From Spirogloea muscicola (taxonomy: Eukaryota), in contig WELB01000008.1 in the NCBI GenBank assembly GCA_009602725.1, positions 181,048 to 245,047 on the forward strand: DNA of 64,000 bases, written 5' to 3'. Shown in pieces: positions 36,901-48,700 of this stretch; position 1 is the stretch's first letter; each line of letters starts with the position of its first letter. The position numbers and the translations under genes were made by a program. The notes beneath the pieces were generated by a model, which was not told the origin of the DNA, searched no databases, and saw only the letters and a program-made list of their open reading frames with translations.

Positions 36901-39900
36901 AGCAGTCGGCCAGGCCGCAGTACACCATGCGGCCATGCCGCGTACCTGCCTGCGAGCACACCAGGCAGCGCCGGACATCCCGCGCCTCCTCCTTGCTTGG
37001 CTTCCCCTGCTGAGCAAGCACCCCCGGGCGGTCATGAGCTTCTTGCACACTCTTCATATGCTTATGACTTGCTCCTCCATCCTCGCAGAACTCTGCTCTC
37101 TGCTCCTTAGCACCTGGTTGTTGACCCCCTGCCTGAGGTGACAGCCCGTTACTAGACTTGCGCTTCTTCACGCGAGCCTGCATGTGGAGTTTCTTCTGAA
37201 CCGTAAATGGAACTCCCGCACTGCCATCTTGGTCCGTGCTGACTGCCACACAAGTGAGGTCCAAAATGGCATTGTCTGCCGTGCCCTGAACGCAGTCATT
37301 CTTCACACGGAAACTGCTAGCAGCACAACCATTTACCGCCTCTCCGGCGCCTGCAGTAGCACTTGCCTTTGACAGGTCCAACTTGCCCCACAGATCTTTG
37401 TCTGCTCTAAGCTTGGTCGCATTGGGGGGCCTTGTCGCCCCCAAGAGTGATGCAGCTGGATTAGGCTGTCCTTCATATTCCAGCAGCGCTTGCCGCACCA
37501 AGCCCAAGGTGCACTCACCAAGCTGTGCCAAATATGGGCTCAATGGCTGTCTGCCATCACCAGGTTGCCACTCCTTCACTTTCTCGCTGTCCTTGTTGGC
37601 AATGCTTGGCATGCACGCCCCTGTGGCAGCCCCCACCGTCGCTTGGCTCTGTCCCCATGGCGTGCAACCCTGGCCTTGCCCAGGGATAGCTGGCCTTGTC
37701 GTACCCTGCTGTGGCACCTCTGTAGCTGCAGTTGCTGTGTGACTTGGCAATATACCGGCAGAGGCCCTCTGCCCATTTGGCATTGCTGCCATCCCTGCCA
37801 TGGCCAGAGCCACATGAGCGCTCGCTGCCCTTGCCAAGGCGGTCGCCTGAGTCTCGCCCACCAATGTAAGAGCCCGTGCTGCATGAGCTGCTGCCGCCAG
37901 GTCGTCTTGGCCCTGCTGGCGTGCACACACAGCCTGCTGCCAGACCGACAATCTGGTCAGGAACTCCCCCTTCTCCCTGGTGCTCAGCTCCTTGGCGGGC
38001 ATGGCTCCGCTAAGAAGAGCGTCACATGGCGCTGCTGCTGCTGCTGATGGCATGCAACCTTGCATTTCTGGCCCAGCTCTTGCCGTCGCCGACCAAACAG
38101 TAGCATCACCACCCGATGTGGCCACTGCCTTGTCCTTGGCTGCAAGTAGCCTGCCTTGCCACTCGACCGTGTCAAGCTTGTTCGCCAGCAAACCGGGGCA
38201 AGCTGGCGCCCGTGGCTTCTCCTGAGCATTCACAATCCCCTGCACGTGCAAAGTACAGGGACAATTTAGTGCCTCATTTGTCAGAATTGAAGGGCAGGCA
38301 CCTTTGCAAGCAGGAACATCATGCTACCATCCTTTGTGTGCGGCTAAACATATTCAACATCACCAAGCATCTTAACGGGCAAAACCCCTGTGACAGAAGG
38401 AGCTGCAAAAGACAAACTCACCGTCGGCAATGACAGACCAACACATCGAAAGGGCGGCTGCTTGGGAGGAGCCTCAATAAAGACCTGGAGGACAGACGCC
38501 CCCAGCTTGCTGCCAGGGTGCTCGCCACTGCTGCTTCGCCGAACGGTCCCCACCGTGCGCACCCAGACCGGCGACCCACAGATCTGGCACTCCTGGTTGC
38601 TGCCACCACAGTAGCACGAGATCGCCCACTGACTGGCAGAGGGCGTCATGGGCTTCAGCAGGCTGGCAGCAATACGTGCGTGGTACTGCGATGCGTCAGC
38701 TAATAGCTGGGCATGGCAGCGCTGGAGCTCCTCCACTGTCGACGGTGGCAGCCTCGCCGCTGAGCTGCTGAGCAGCCTAGCCGAGTAATGCTTTTTTGTT
38801 GCCTGATCCTGCCAAATGTAGACCGTGCATCGCCTGCTCGCGACCACAGCCGCTGCTTGTGGCAGCGGCTGCAGTGCAGCTGTCCAGACGCTGCATCCCA
38901 CGGCTTGCTGATGCCGCTGGAAGGCCTTTAGCCAAGCTCCCAGCGACGGGACCTTGCCGCCACCAGCAACCAGCAAATCAGCATGCATGGCTGCAGACCG
39001 CGGCGCTGCCAACGAGTTGCAATTCCTGTCACCTGATTGGGGGCTTGAAAACTGATTTGGTCCGTCATTTGCAGGCCGCTCATTCAATGCCCATGAAGCA
39101 TCCCGCTGCCGCTTCCGGGCCTGCACCCTGCCAGAGCCCTGAGCACAAAACTCAATCCAACGCCGCCTGTTGGCACTAGTGTCCTGCTGGGGTATGCAGA
39201 CCGGCCTCAGACTGTCCGCTATTTTCATGCCGCCATTGCCTAAGAACCCCTCCTGACAGTTACTGCCACCGTCTGCTTCGGTAGCCTGCATCATGACATA
39301 GCAATGCTGCAGTCAGATTGGCCAGACACAAAGCAGTAGCAGCAGAATACTCAAACGGTCTATCATGCTGTGAAACTCAACAGCCCTTCCACTGTGAGCT
39401 GGACTGCATATCGGGAGGTGTACTAGGCACCCATGTGTGGGCCATCAGTAGAACCTCATCAACCGTGGGCAATGGTCAGAGCAACTATAACCCCTTCCTT
39501 TCCAGTTAGCAAGTTTAAGATGGCATTTTGCCTCATGAACTATGCAACTTCATGCATGGGACAGAACATCGCCCCCCGTTGTGCACTGAGCACAGGGGCA
39601 GGCATAATTATGCATGACACTTCTTCAGGCTCATTGTTGGTGCAGTATTGTACCTCGGATGAAACAGCCACACCATGGCCATAGTCCTCCCTGAAGGATC
39701 TGGCAGAAGACAACATTGGCGGTGGAGTGCAGCCCAGCTTGACTGATGGCACAGGCTGCTGCTGCTGCTGCTGGTGACCCCACAATGAGGACGGGGGCCC
39801 AGGCCACCTTCGCACCTGCTGCTGCTGCTGCTGTCCCAGCAGGGCTGGCGCAAGCGGCCAAGAAGCTCCGAGGGCGTCTGGAGTTGGTAAGCCCTGGTCT

Positions 39901-42900
39901 ATGACTGTGGGATTGTGGTAGGCGGAGCTCATGGTGGCCCCACGAGCGAGAGCGAGATGGTGCGCTAGCGCGCGCCCCATCAGCATTCTCTGCCAGCTGA
40001 GGGCCGCATCTGGGAGCTGTCCAGTCATGTCTTTGCTCGTCCCAGTCAGCCCCTGTGTGGCACATGGCGGCGCAGTTAGGAGCGTAGGACCTCCCAGCAC
40101 CATGGCAGCGCGATGCATATCCGGCATTGCAGTCATTGGCTCCGCCACAGCTTGCTTGCCACCGTGACCAGCCAGCATGACTGGCTCATCAATGTCAGCA
40201 GCGTGGGAGAGCTCAGCCTCCATAGGCTGCGACGCTGCCTTCAGCTCCACCTCGGCAGGCCCAGCAGCCGCCAGCACGGCCAGCTCAATGCTCAGCGTGG
40301 CCTCCACCGCGGCCTCAGCTTCACCCAACTCCAAGCTGCCGCAGCCACTGCGGTTGCTCTCAGAAGGCCTGCCGGATGACAGGACCCCCGGTTCCTTGCC
40401 CTCTGCCACTGCCTCCTTGTCGCCCTCTGCCGCTGCTGGAACAGCGGTCGCAGCCGCCACTGCATGGTTGCCCTCCGCCTCCGACTGCAGGAAGCGGTCG
40501 AGGGGCTCGACACGGAGGTGGATGCCGCGCTCGCGGCACTGTTTGCAGAAGTATTTGCCTTTGCTCCCCGTCACGGCCTTGCGCATCTCCAGGCCAGACA
40601 CCAGCTCCGAAGACGTGCGAGATGACCGCTGCGGACAGCCGCTGAGGTTCCTGGCCCTGGCAGCTTTGGCTATCGCCTCGCGGGCGTGCCGCTCCTGCTT
40701 GGCGCACGCCGCGTGCACGGTCAAGCCGCAGCCTTTGCATGACGTGACCTTGCTGGCGGCAGGAGCTTCTGGCAGCGGCGGCGGCACTGACAAGCCCAGC
40801 TCCTTCGACTGAGTCCCCGCAGGCTCCTCTTCTTCTATCCCACCGCTGTTGTCGCCACCCAGCGGCAGGGCACAGGAAGCGCACGCCCCGCCCAGGGGCT
40901 GCTGGCGCTGCTCCTCCTCCATGGCTGGCGCGCAGCTGCTGCACCAGACCACTGTGCTGCGTGCTAGCCAGCAGGTCTCGATTGGCGGGGCAGGCTCGCT
41001 GTCGTTGCCCAGCGAGGCGCCGCAGCGTGCGCAGGTGCAGCAGGCAGGGCAGGGCCAGCCATACGTGCCCGCCAGGTGTGGCGCCGACGGCCGGCTGCGT
41101 GGCGGCAGGCATGCTGCATGGTGCGACTGGTCGCAGATGGAGCAGACCAGCAAGTCCGCATGGACGCCGCCGCCGGCGGCACCGACGCCGCACGTCTCGC
41201 AGATCTTGCAGGCCTTGCACCGCCAGAACGCGCGCAGCTCGGGCGTGGCGCGCAGTGGCGGCTCCAGGCAGAAGGCATGGAACGCCTCGCCGCAGTCGGC
41301 GCAGGCGACAAACTCCTCAGTGGCATACTCGCCCAGGCCTCCGCACGCACTGCAGCTCTCCAGGCCATGCAGAGCCGCCGGCGTGTACCGCAGCACGGTG
41401 TGAGGCCCGCCGCTCGGTCTCTCGCTGCAGTGACCCCCCGCGCAGCCGCCGCCCCCGTCGCTGCCGCTGTCGCCGTCGCCCCCTTGCCCACCCACGGCCT
41501 CTTTGCTCCTGCCGCAGTCACCGCTCAGCAGCTCACTCACAAGTCGTATGCCCTTGGCCCTGGGCCTCTCGACCGCCAGCCGTCGCCGACGGCGGCGCTT
41601 CTTCCTCCTCGTGCATACGGTGCGGCTCCTTGGCGGCACCTTGACCACGGCATCTTGCACTAGGAGAGCCGGCTGAGCAGCAGCAGCACCCTTTCCCGCC
41701 AATTGCAGCTTCGGCTGGCCGAGCTGATGCTCACTCCCGAGGCAGGGAAACTCTTCTGTGAGCTTTGAGCTGCTACTGGAGTTGGCGAGCAGAGGCGCAG
41801 CTGCGCCGGCTGCGACCTCCGCTGCGAGCGCATCCTCCAGCACCATCGACCGCCGGGGACATCGGCGCCGCCTCCTCTCTGGCACCGCCGCCGACAATTC
41901 CACCTGTCTTGACACCGGCGCTGCTGCAAGCGGAGGCTGCCGCGTCGCAGCCAGTTGCTGATCAGCAAGCGCCAGCAGCTCGCCTTCGCGCTCTGCGGCT
42001 GATATGGCAGCCTGCTTGCCATGACAGCATCGATCTCCCACTCCTGCCCCCAATCGTGCGGCTCTGCCTGTGACGGCAGCACCATCCAAGGTGTCTGCCG
42101 TCACCACCAAGCCCCCGTCATCCTCGTCACTCCAGCCGCATTCAATCAACGGCGGTGCTTGCGCTGCAGCCGACCCCTGCGCATCTAGACCAACCACTGG
42201 CACTGCCAGCAGGGCCGGCAGTGCGCCACTGAGGGCAGATTCCATCGGCGCACTGCTTGCCCACACAGAGTCGCTCTGCTCCGAGTGCCACCTGCAGCTG
42301 TTGCACTGCAAGAGATGGGCAGCAGAGGGGAAGGGTCAGCTTGCTGCGGCAGCGAATATCAGCAACCTCCATGTCTGGGCCACAGCTACTGTCAGCAGCT
42401 GCCATCTCTTTGACAGAGTTGACCCTTTCAAACACAACTCACATGGCAGTGAAGGAGGGGATCGAACACTAGCAAATACGTTGAGCAAAGGCAACCTTGC
42501 TCACCACGCTGTGGTTGTCGGAGGGGTCAGCCGCGAGGAGGGGGCAGGCGCCGTGCATTGAGCGTGAACATGCAGCGCACTCCAGCAGCTCGCTGCCTGC
42601 CTTGTTTCCCTCTTTGTACACCTGGCAGCCGCAAAAAGCAGCACCAGTGACTGTCAGGCATGCTTCAAGGTTGCGCTGCCTGGACTGCCGGGTGGTACAT
42701 CAGAAATGACATCTGCGAAGCAGAATGGTGAGGTGCAAGTATTCGACCTTGTCACAGGCGCCGTGGCAGAAGAGCTCTGTGCAGCCGGAAGACGTGGCTG
42801 GCAGCCCAATGATAATGTGGCGCTCCCCTCGAGCGGGAGAGACAGCTGTCTGCGAGAGTGCGCCGCACCTTGGGCAGCTTCTAACGGCAGCGCCAGCCAG

Positions 42901-43786
42901 AGCCTCACTCTGTGATGTTTCCAGTGACGCTGCCACTGCTGCAGTAGTTGACGGCAGGCGGCACCGAGCCAGCAGGCGCTCGGCGCCGATCGCTCTTGAG
43001 GGGGCGGCATGTTGCTCCGCAGCTGCTGCCAACGTCTCCACCTCCTTGTCGCCGACGCTGCAGGAGCCCCCGAGGCTTCCGCATGCGCTCAGGTCCCAGT
43101 TGCGGAGCCGCGGGCAGAGCAGCGGCTGCGAGTCTGCACCAGGCGTTGCCAACCAAGGCACCACACCACCGACGACTGCCGGCACAGCTGGCATTGCTTC
43201 GCGAGGTGCTGCCATTGACAGCCAACAGGACAAGAGTCAGACTCTGGCGTAACATTGCCATCACCAAAGCTGTTACTTGCATTCGCCTTGGCTGCAAGTC
43301 TTGTCGCAGCCGAGCCATGTGGGCATGCGGGGACCACGTCGACACCAACTCTCAATGATACCTTTCTCCTGCAGGACGTCCGTGAGCCTCTGCGACGCTG
43401 GCCAGCGCCGGGGACGAGTCCCTGCCAGCGCCCCGCGTCGGGGACTCCCGAGTGCTGCCTGGGCCGCCCGCCTCTTGACGCAGCCGGGACGAGGCGTCGG
43501 CGCGGCATTAAGGACGGGCGAGAGCTTCGCGAGCTTGCGCTGCCGAGCTGGAAGCGCCTCCGCGGCCGCCGCAGCCGCCTCCGAAGCCACGGCGGCTCCT
43601 CGCTGTGGGCCGTCCGGCGAACATGGCGGCCGCCTGCGCTTGGTGGTGGCAGCAGCAGCCACTGCCACGGACGCAGCTGTGGGCCGGCCGGTGTCGGAGG
43701 CGGCCTCCGCCGCGGGGAGGGCGGCGTCCAGCAGCACGTCGTGCAGCGCGCGGCTCCGGCGAGAGCCAGCTGCAGCGACGCCGCCG
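33901..43786 (-). CDS. Trithorax/MLL(KMT2)-like H3K4 methyltransferase: PHD cassette, ePHD, FYRN, FYRC, Win, SET, post-SET (5' end in or near the N gap)
   Basis: EFVACADCGEAFHAFCLE...WRCKACKICETC; WLHAGCVLW...CKLPGASVPC...HFTCA; MRVGAVCVRQLG...IFPLGY; IEQLP..CLGYKFRH...NPSGCARSEP; SSIHGRGLF, IEYVGELIR, GNAARHINHSC, CLCGHQYCRGYL*. Confidence 0.92.
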
Positions 43787-44310
43787 NNNNNNNNNNNNNN
43801 NNNNNNNNNNNNNNNNNNNNNNNNNNNNNNNNNNNNNNNNNNNNNNNNNNNNNNNNNNNNNNNNNNNNNNNNNNNNNNNNNNNNNNNNNNNNNNNNNNNN
43901 NNNNNNNNNNNNNNNNNNNNNNNNNNNNNNNNNNNNNNNNNNNNNNNNNNNNNNNNNNNNNNNNNNNNNNNNNNNNNNNNNNNNNNNNNNNNNNNNNNNN
44001 NNNNNNNNNNNNNNNNNNNNNNNNNNNNNNNNNNNNNNNNNNNNNNNNNNNNNNNNNNNNNNNNNNNNNNNNNNNNNNNNNNNNNNNNNNNNNNNNNNNN
44101 NNNNNNNNNNNNNNNNNNNNNNNNNNNNNNNNNNNNNNNNNNNNNNNNNNNNNNNNNNNNNNNNNNNNNNNNNNNNNNNNNNNNNNNNNNNNNNNNNNNN
44201 NNNNNNNNNNNNNNNNNNNNNNNNNNNNNNNNNNNNNNNNNNNNNNNNNNNNNNNNNNNNNNNNNNNNNNNNNNNNNNNNNNNNNNNNNNNNNNNNNNNN
44301 NNNNNNNNNN
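43787..44310. other. Assembly gap
   Basis: Run of N. Confidence 1.
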
Positions 44311-44504
44311 TGCGGCCCCCACCCCCCCCCCCCTTGGGCCACCATCCCCGGGCTGGCGGCGGTCGCGGTCACGTTTGCGGGTGCGTCCGCGTTTGCTGCC
44401 GCGTCCCGTCGGCGTTCGCGGTTGCAGGCACCGAGCTTTCGTTTTGCGCTTTCAGCGGCGCCGACACGTCATGTTATGTCAGCAAAGCCACATGCTATTC
44501 ACAA

Positions 44505-44785
44505 TAACAAGAATAGCGCTTCCAAGTTGACTTGGTGGCTGTGAGAGGCCAGCCCAAAAGACCAAAACCGAGGTCCAAGGAGGTAAGAGGCTGACAGAAG
44601 TGAGCTCATCCAAAGGGGCGAGGGCTGTAGAGAGAAGGCGCGCGGTGCGCATGACTTGAAAGGGAGGCCAACTCTAGCCTTACAAATGTCCTGTTACGGG
44701 GTGATGTGCCAGAAAGAGGAGGGCTGTAGAAAGCCAGCCCCAAAGGAATGGACAGGGTCCGCAAGGGGCCGGAGAGCAAAGAGTT
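44505..44785. repeat. Mosaic repeat modules upstream of the MLL-like gene
   Basis: ttgacttggtggctgtgagaggccagccc; M module agagaaggcgcgcggtgcgcatgacttgaaagggaggccaactctagcc (near-identical to ~31975-32025); gggctgtagaaagccagcccc. Confidence 0.85.
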
Positions 44786-45702
44786 GGGCTGAGCCTACAG
44801 ACCCACTAGTCTCATCGCCATCACGGCACCTCTGGGGTGGGGAGGAAGGCAGCTGCAGGCTCACTGAAATATATCTGCGTCAACGGGGAGCCCTCTTGGA
44901 GGCGGCAATGCAGGGGAAGCGTTCATCGATCTCCTCTGAAGCAACACCGAAGACGAGGGGACACAATCAGTCACCTGGGGGGCTCACCATGTCTTCACGC
45001 ACCAGTATGCTGGTATGCAAGTGGCGGAGCTGGCTGCCATGCTGGCTGGAGGGAGGAGGGGGAGGGAGCGAAGGGCATAGAGGGGCAGCACATCTGCCCA
45101 ACTGCAGCCTTGCTGACTATTGCAGCACTCCATTGACATTGTTGAGCTGCGATGACATTGAGCTCATCGACAGGCTCAAGCAAGCAAGATGCTTGAGGAT
45201 GCATGACGGACAAGCATGCGGCCAGCCTGAAGGTGGTTGGGCAATAAATGCCCTGGATGCCATATTCACTTCAATTTATTAGCCCGAAGCAATGTGCTCC
45301 AGTGAATGGCCAGGTCCTACCTACTGAGGACTCAGCATGAGGTACTAGTGCAAGTGGGCATGGTGATGAGCCCAGAAAAGTTACACTCAAACAGCCCACT
45401 CATATGACACATCACGCCCTGACAGGACTTGGGCACCCACACAAGGTGCTCACTAACAAAAACGTGTGCCTGCTTAGATCAACGAAGATGAAGAAAGGTG
45501 TCAAAATGAGATGCATCATCCAAACATGGTGAAGCATTTCATTCATGCACATGTCTGCAGAAGATGTCACAGTGACGACACGCATCTGCACATCGGTGCT
45601 TATTGCTTGTCACAGGGATGGAATTCACCTGTTCGAGTGGGAATCCACCAGTGGCAGCATCTTGTAAGGTCTTTAAATCATTAACTCTCTGACTCCTCTA
45701 AG

Positions 45703-48700
45703 TCAAGGGCTTTCATAGCCTGTTGACCCGTTGCCTTCAGATTCAGGTTCTCTTGGCCCGGCTGACACCTGTGGATGTTTCGGCAACAACTGTGTCAAAT
45801 CTAGACAGTGATCATCAACACAAATAGTCACAGCCAGCAGACAATCCGATAAGCCGTTGAATCTACAATTGGCAACTACAGGACATATCAATGATGCTAT
45901 CACAACAACAGCTTGCCCTAAGTAAGGCAGCATGGCCCCCGCCTGGAGTCACGCAATGTGATGAATGTGATGATCTGGGCATGCCTGTGAGCGCGAGCTA
46001 TTCAACGCATGACACAAATTACAACATGTAGCTGACGCTCTGGGAAGCACAAGCCCTTCCAAGAGCTTACCTTAGAGCCATTGACGCCTACCACAGGGTC
46101 CACAGGTGGAACGTAGGCTGGAACTTTGCCATCCCACCAGGGTGTAGGGAACCTGTGCCTCGCCAGATGAGCCAGAGTGTCTACTCCAACATCGTCCTCT
46201 ACCCTTTCTGCCAATTGAGACCATGACTTGCGCTGCGGAGCAGGTACCCGCTCGTCCAGCTGGGCACTGACCTCTGCCCCACTCTTTTTGTCAGAGCACA
46301 TTAGTGCCAAAGCCTTGGCTGCCTTCTCACGAGCTGCAGCCCCCCCTTTCGCTTCTGTCACAATCTTGGCGAGCTCAATGACCATGCCCTGACGTAGCCC
46401 TACCGAGACTGCCTTGCTGGAGTAGCGCAGCAGGCGAAGCAGGAGCACCAGGCAGCACAACTGCGGATCTGTGCCAGGGAAGCCTTCTGCATCTGAAGGT
46501 GGCGCCAGAGCCAGAAATGGCAGCAGAGCTGTAATAAGCTCGTCCGTGACAGCAGCCTCTGCCACCTCGGGATGCGAAGCTGCACACTGCAGTAGCAGTA
46601 TGGCTGCTTGCGCCAGGCCTCTCCGCTCCTCCGGCCTGCTCCCTGCAATGAAGTCATAAGCTGGCAGGAAGACGTCAATGCTGGCAGCCCTCTTGGCCTG
46701 TAGAAGCTTGGGCCTTGCCCTGAACAGAAGTAGCAGCGCCAGGAGCAGCCTCCTCCGGTCATCAAACGTCCACCTTCCGCCACCCTCCTCTCCAGAAGAC
46801 GAGGCAGCTACCATAGTCTTCCTAAGCTCTCTGAGGAGCCTCTCATCTCCTGCAAACCCTGCTCTAGGAAACTGGTAGCTGGGGTCTCGTAAGAATTGAT
46901 CCAAGTAGTAGCCACCAAGATAGAGCTCCCACGCATACCCATTCTGTGGCTCTGCCCCAGAGCTCACATACGTAGGCCTCATTTCCTTTGCAGCCTCCTC
47001 CTCATCAAGGGCTACTTCCACCAGTACCTGCCTCAAGAATAGCGGCCTCTCTGCATCCTCAAGGGACCAAGGCTGTAGCTGTCCAGACAGCGTCTGGACC
47101 ACTGTATTTGCAGCCGTCAGAGCTTTCGTGACCTGGGCCCTTGTCCCCTGGTCCCAGACGAGGCAAGGAGACACCAAATCCGAGTCGTACAGTTCGCCAG
47201 CTCTGGAGGGGTCTTGCGCAATGGCGGAGAGGATGTTCACTGGGAGGCACAGGAGGAGGGTGGTGACAGCAAGGGGCATCTGTCGTTCCCTTTCCTGAGA
47301 GATTGGAGACGAGGCGGAGACAGGGCTCAACAAGTGGGAGATCTCGTACAAGTCTGTGACATCCGCTGCGGCCATCCGTGAGTGAATGTTGCTTCCTTCT
47401 GCTCCTCTGTGTTGCTGCAGGTCGCGCAGCGGCTTCTCTTCCTTGCTGACTCCCACTGTTGCCAGCAGGATCTGACCGATGATCCTTGCTGCAGCTTCTC
47501 TGAGAGGCTCTGGAATCAAGCTGCACTCCGAGGACTGGGTCTGGGGATTTGTAGAAGGCAGAGGACATTTGCAGAAGAGAGTCAAGAGAGGGAGCAGAAG
47601 GCCGGACGTCACAGCAAATTCATCTGCTGCAGCTGCCTTTGACGGGATCTCCTGACTCACGCACAGTAGCATCTCCAGAATGATGACAGGCATCTTCGCC
47701 TCCCCTTCATCAGCACTCTGCGAACCTGCTAGTCCTTTCCACAGCTGGAAGCCTAGGGTGCAGAGGATGCCTGAGGACAGCAGTGCTTGCTGAGAGGTGG
47801 CATTGCAAGCAAGTGCTCTGAAGGTGCCTATGAGCAGCTGCCGCACAGACGCACTGGATTGTGGCTCCCGCAAGAGCTCCTCCAGTAATGGAAATCTCAC
47901 TCTGCGAAGAAGGGGCTCCCTGCCATTGCCCTCAACTGCCCACTCCAGGCACTGGCGTAGAGCGAGCAAGGCCATAGTAAAAGTCTCAGACCTTTCCTCA
48001 ACACTCATGCTCTTGTCTTCCTGCACTGATGAACCTATGAGGTCTTTCTTGGAGGATAAATAATCTTGCAGATTGTCCAGGAATATTGACATGTTTGGAA
48101 GCTCAGAGTGTCGCCACTCGGGGCCGATGTACACTCGAACAAAGATGCCTCCAAGGATAAATTCGTCCTTGAAGGCATCATACCTGATTCATTCCACAAT
48201 CCAATTATTGTTGAGCCACGACTAATTGATTACACGCTTGCTGTCAAGCGCACATTCATAAAATGTCAATAACATGCAACATGCTCGTAAAAGCAGATAA
48301 ACACAGGGTTAGCCTTGCCTGAACGACGCCAGCCACTGCAGCTCATTCTCAGAGTTGCTTGCTTGAGGAATACGGAGAGCCACTTTCTCTCGCAGCTCCA
48401 GGCGAACATCCAGATTCCAAATCGCTGTTGGCTGCCGAAGCGTCATAACAGCCATTTCTACGAACAAAGAAGGTCCCTTCTTTGGATCCTGATACAACGC
48501 ACCCCAATCTCACAACATGAGTAGCAAGTCATGTCAAAAATCCTCCCAAATTCATGCAGTGAAGATCAGGCGGGAAAACTTAGTGCTGCGCCTTGCAAGC
48601 TTTTCCAAGAGACCTGGCACGCTCCTGAGCATTTCAAAGTGTTTGCCTTGCAGAAAGCGGTGGACAAACCATGTGGGCTGTCAGCATACCACTAAGGCAC

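Noticed and set aside
43089..44544. Long ORFs containing X runs (also 60984-62245)
   Set aside because: They are created by reading through N gaps.
44656..45282. 208-aa plus-strand ORF
   Set aside because: It starts inside repeat modules and has no recognisable domain or splice support.
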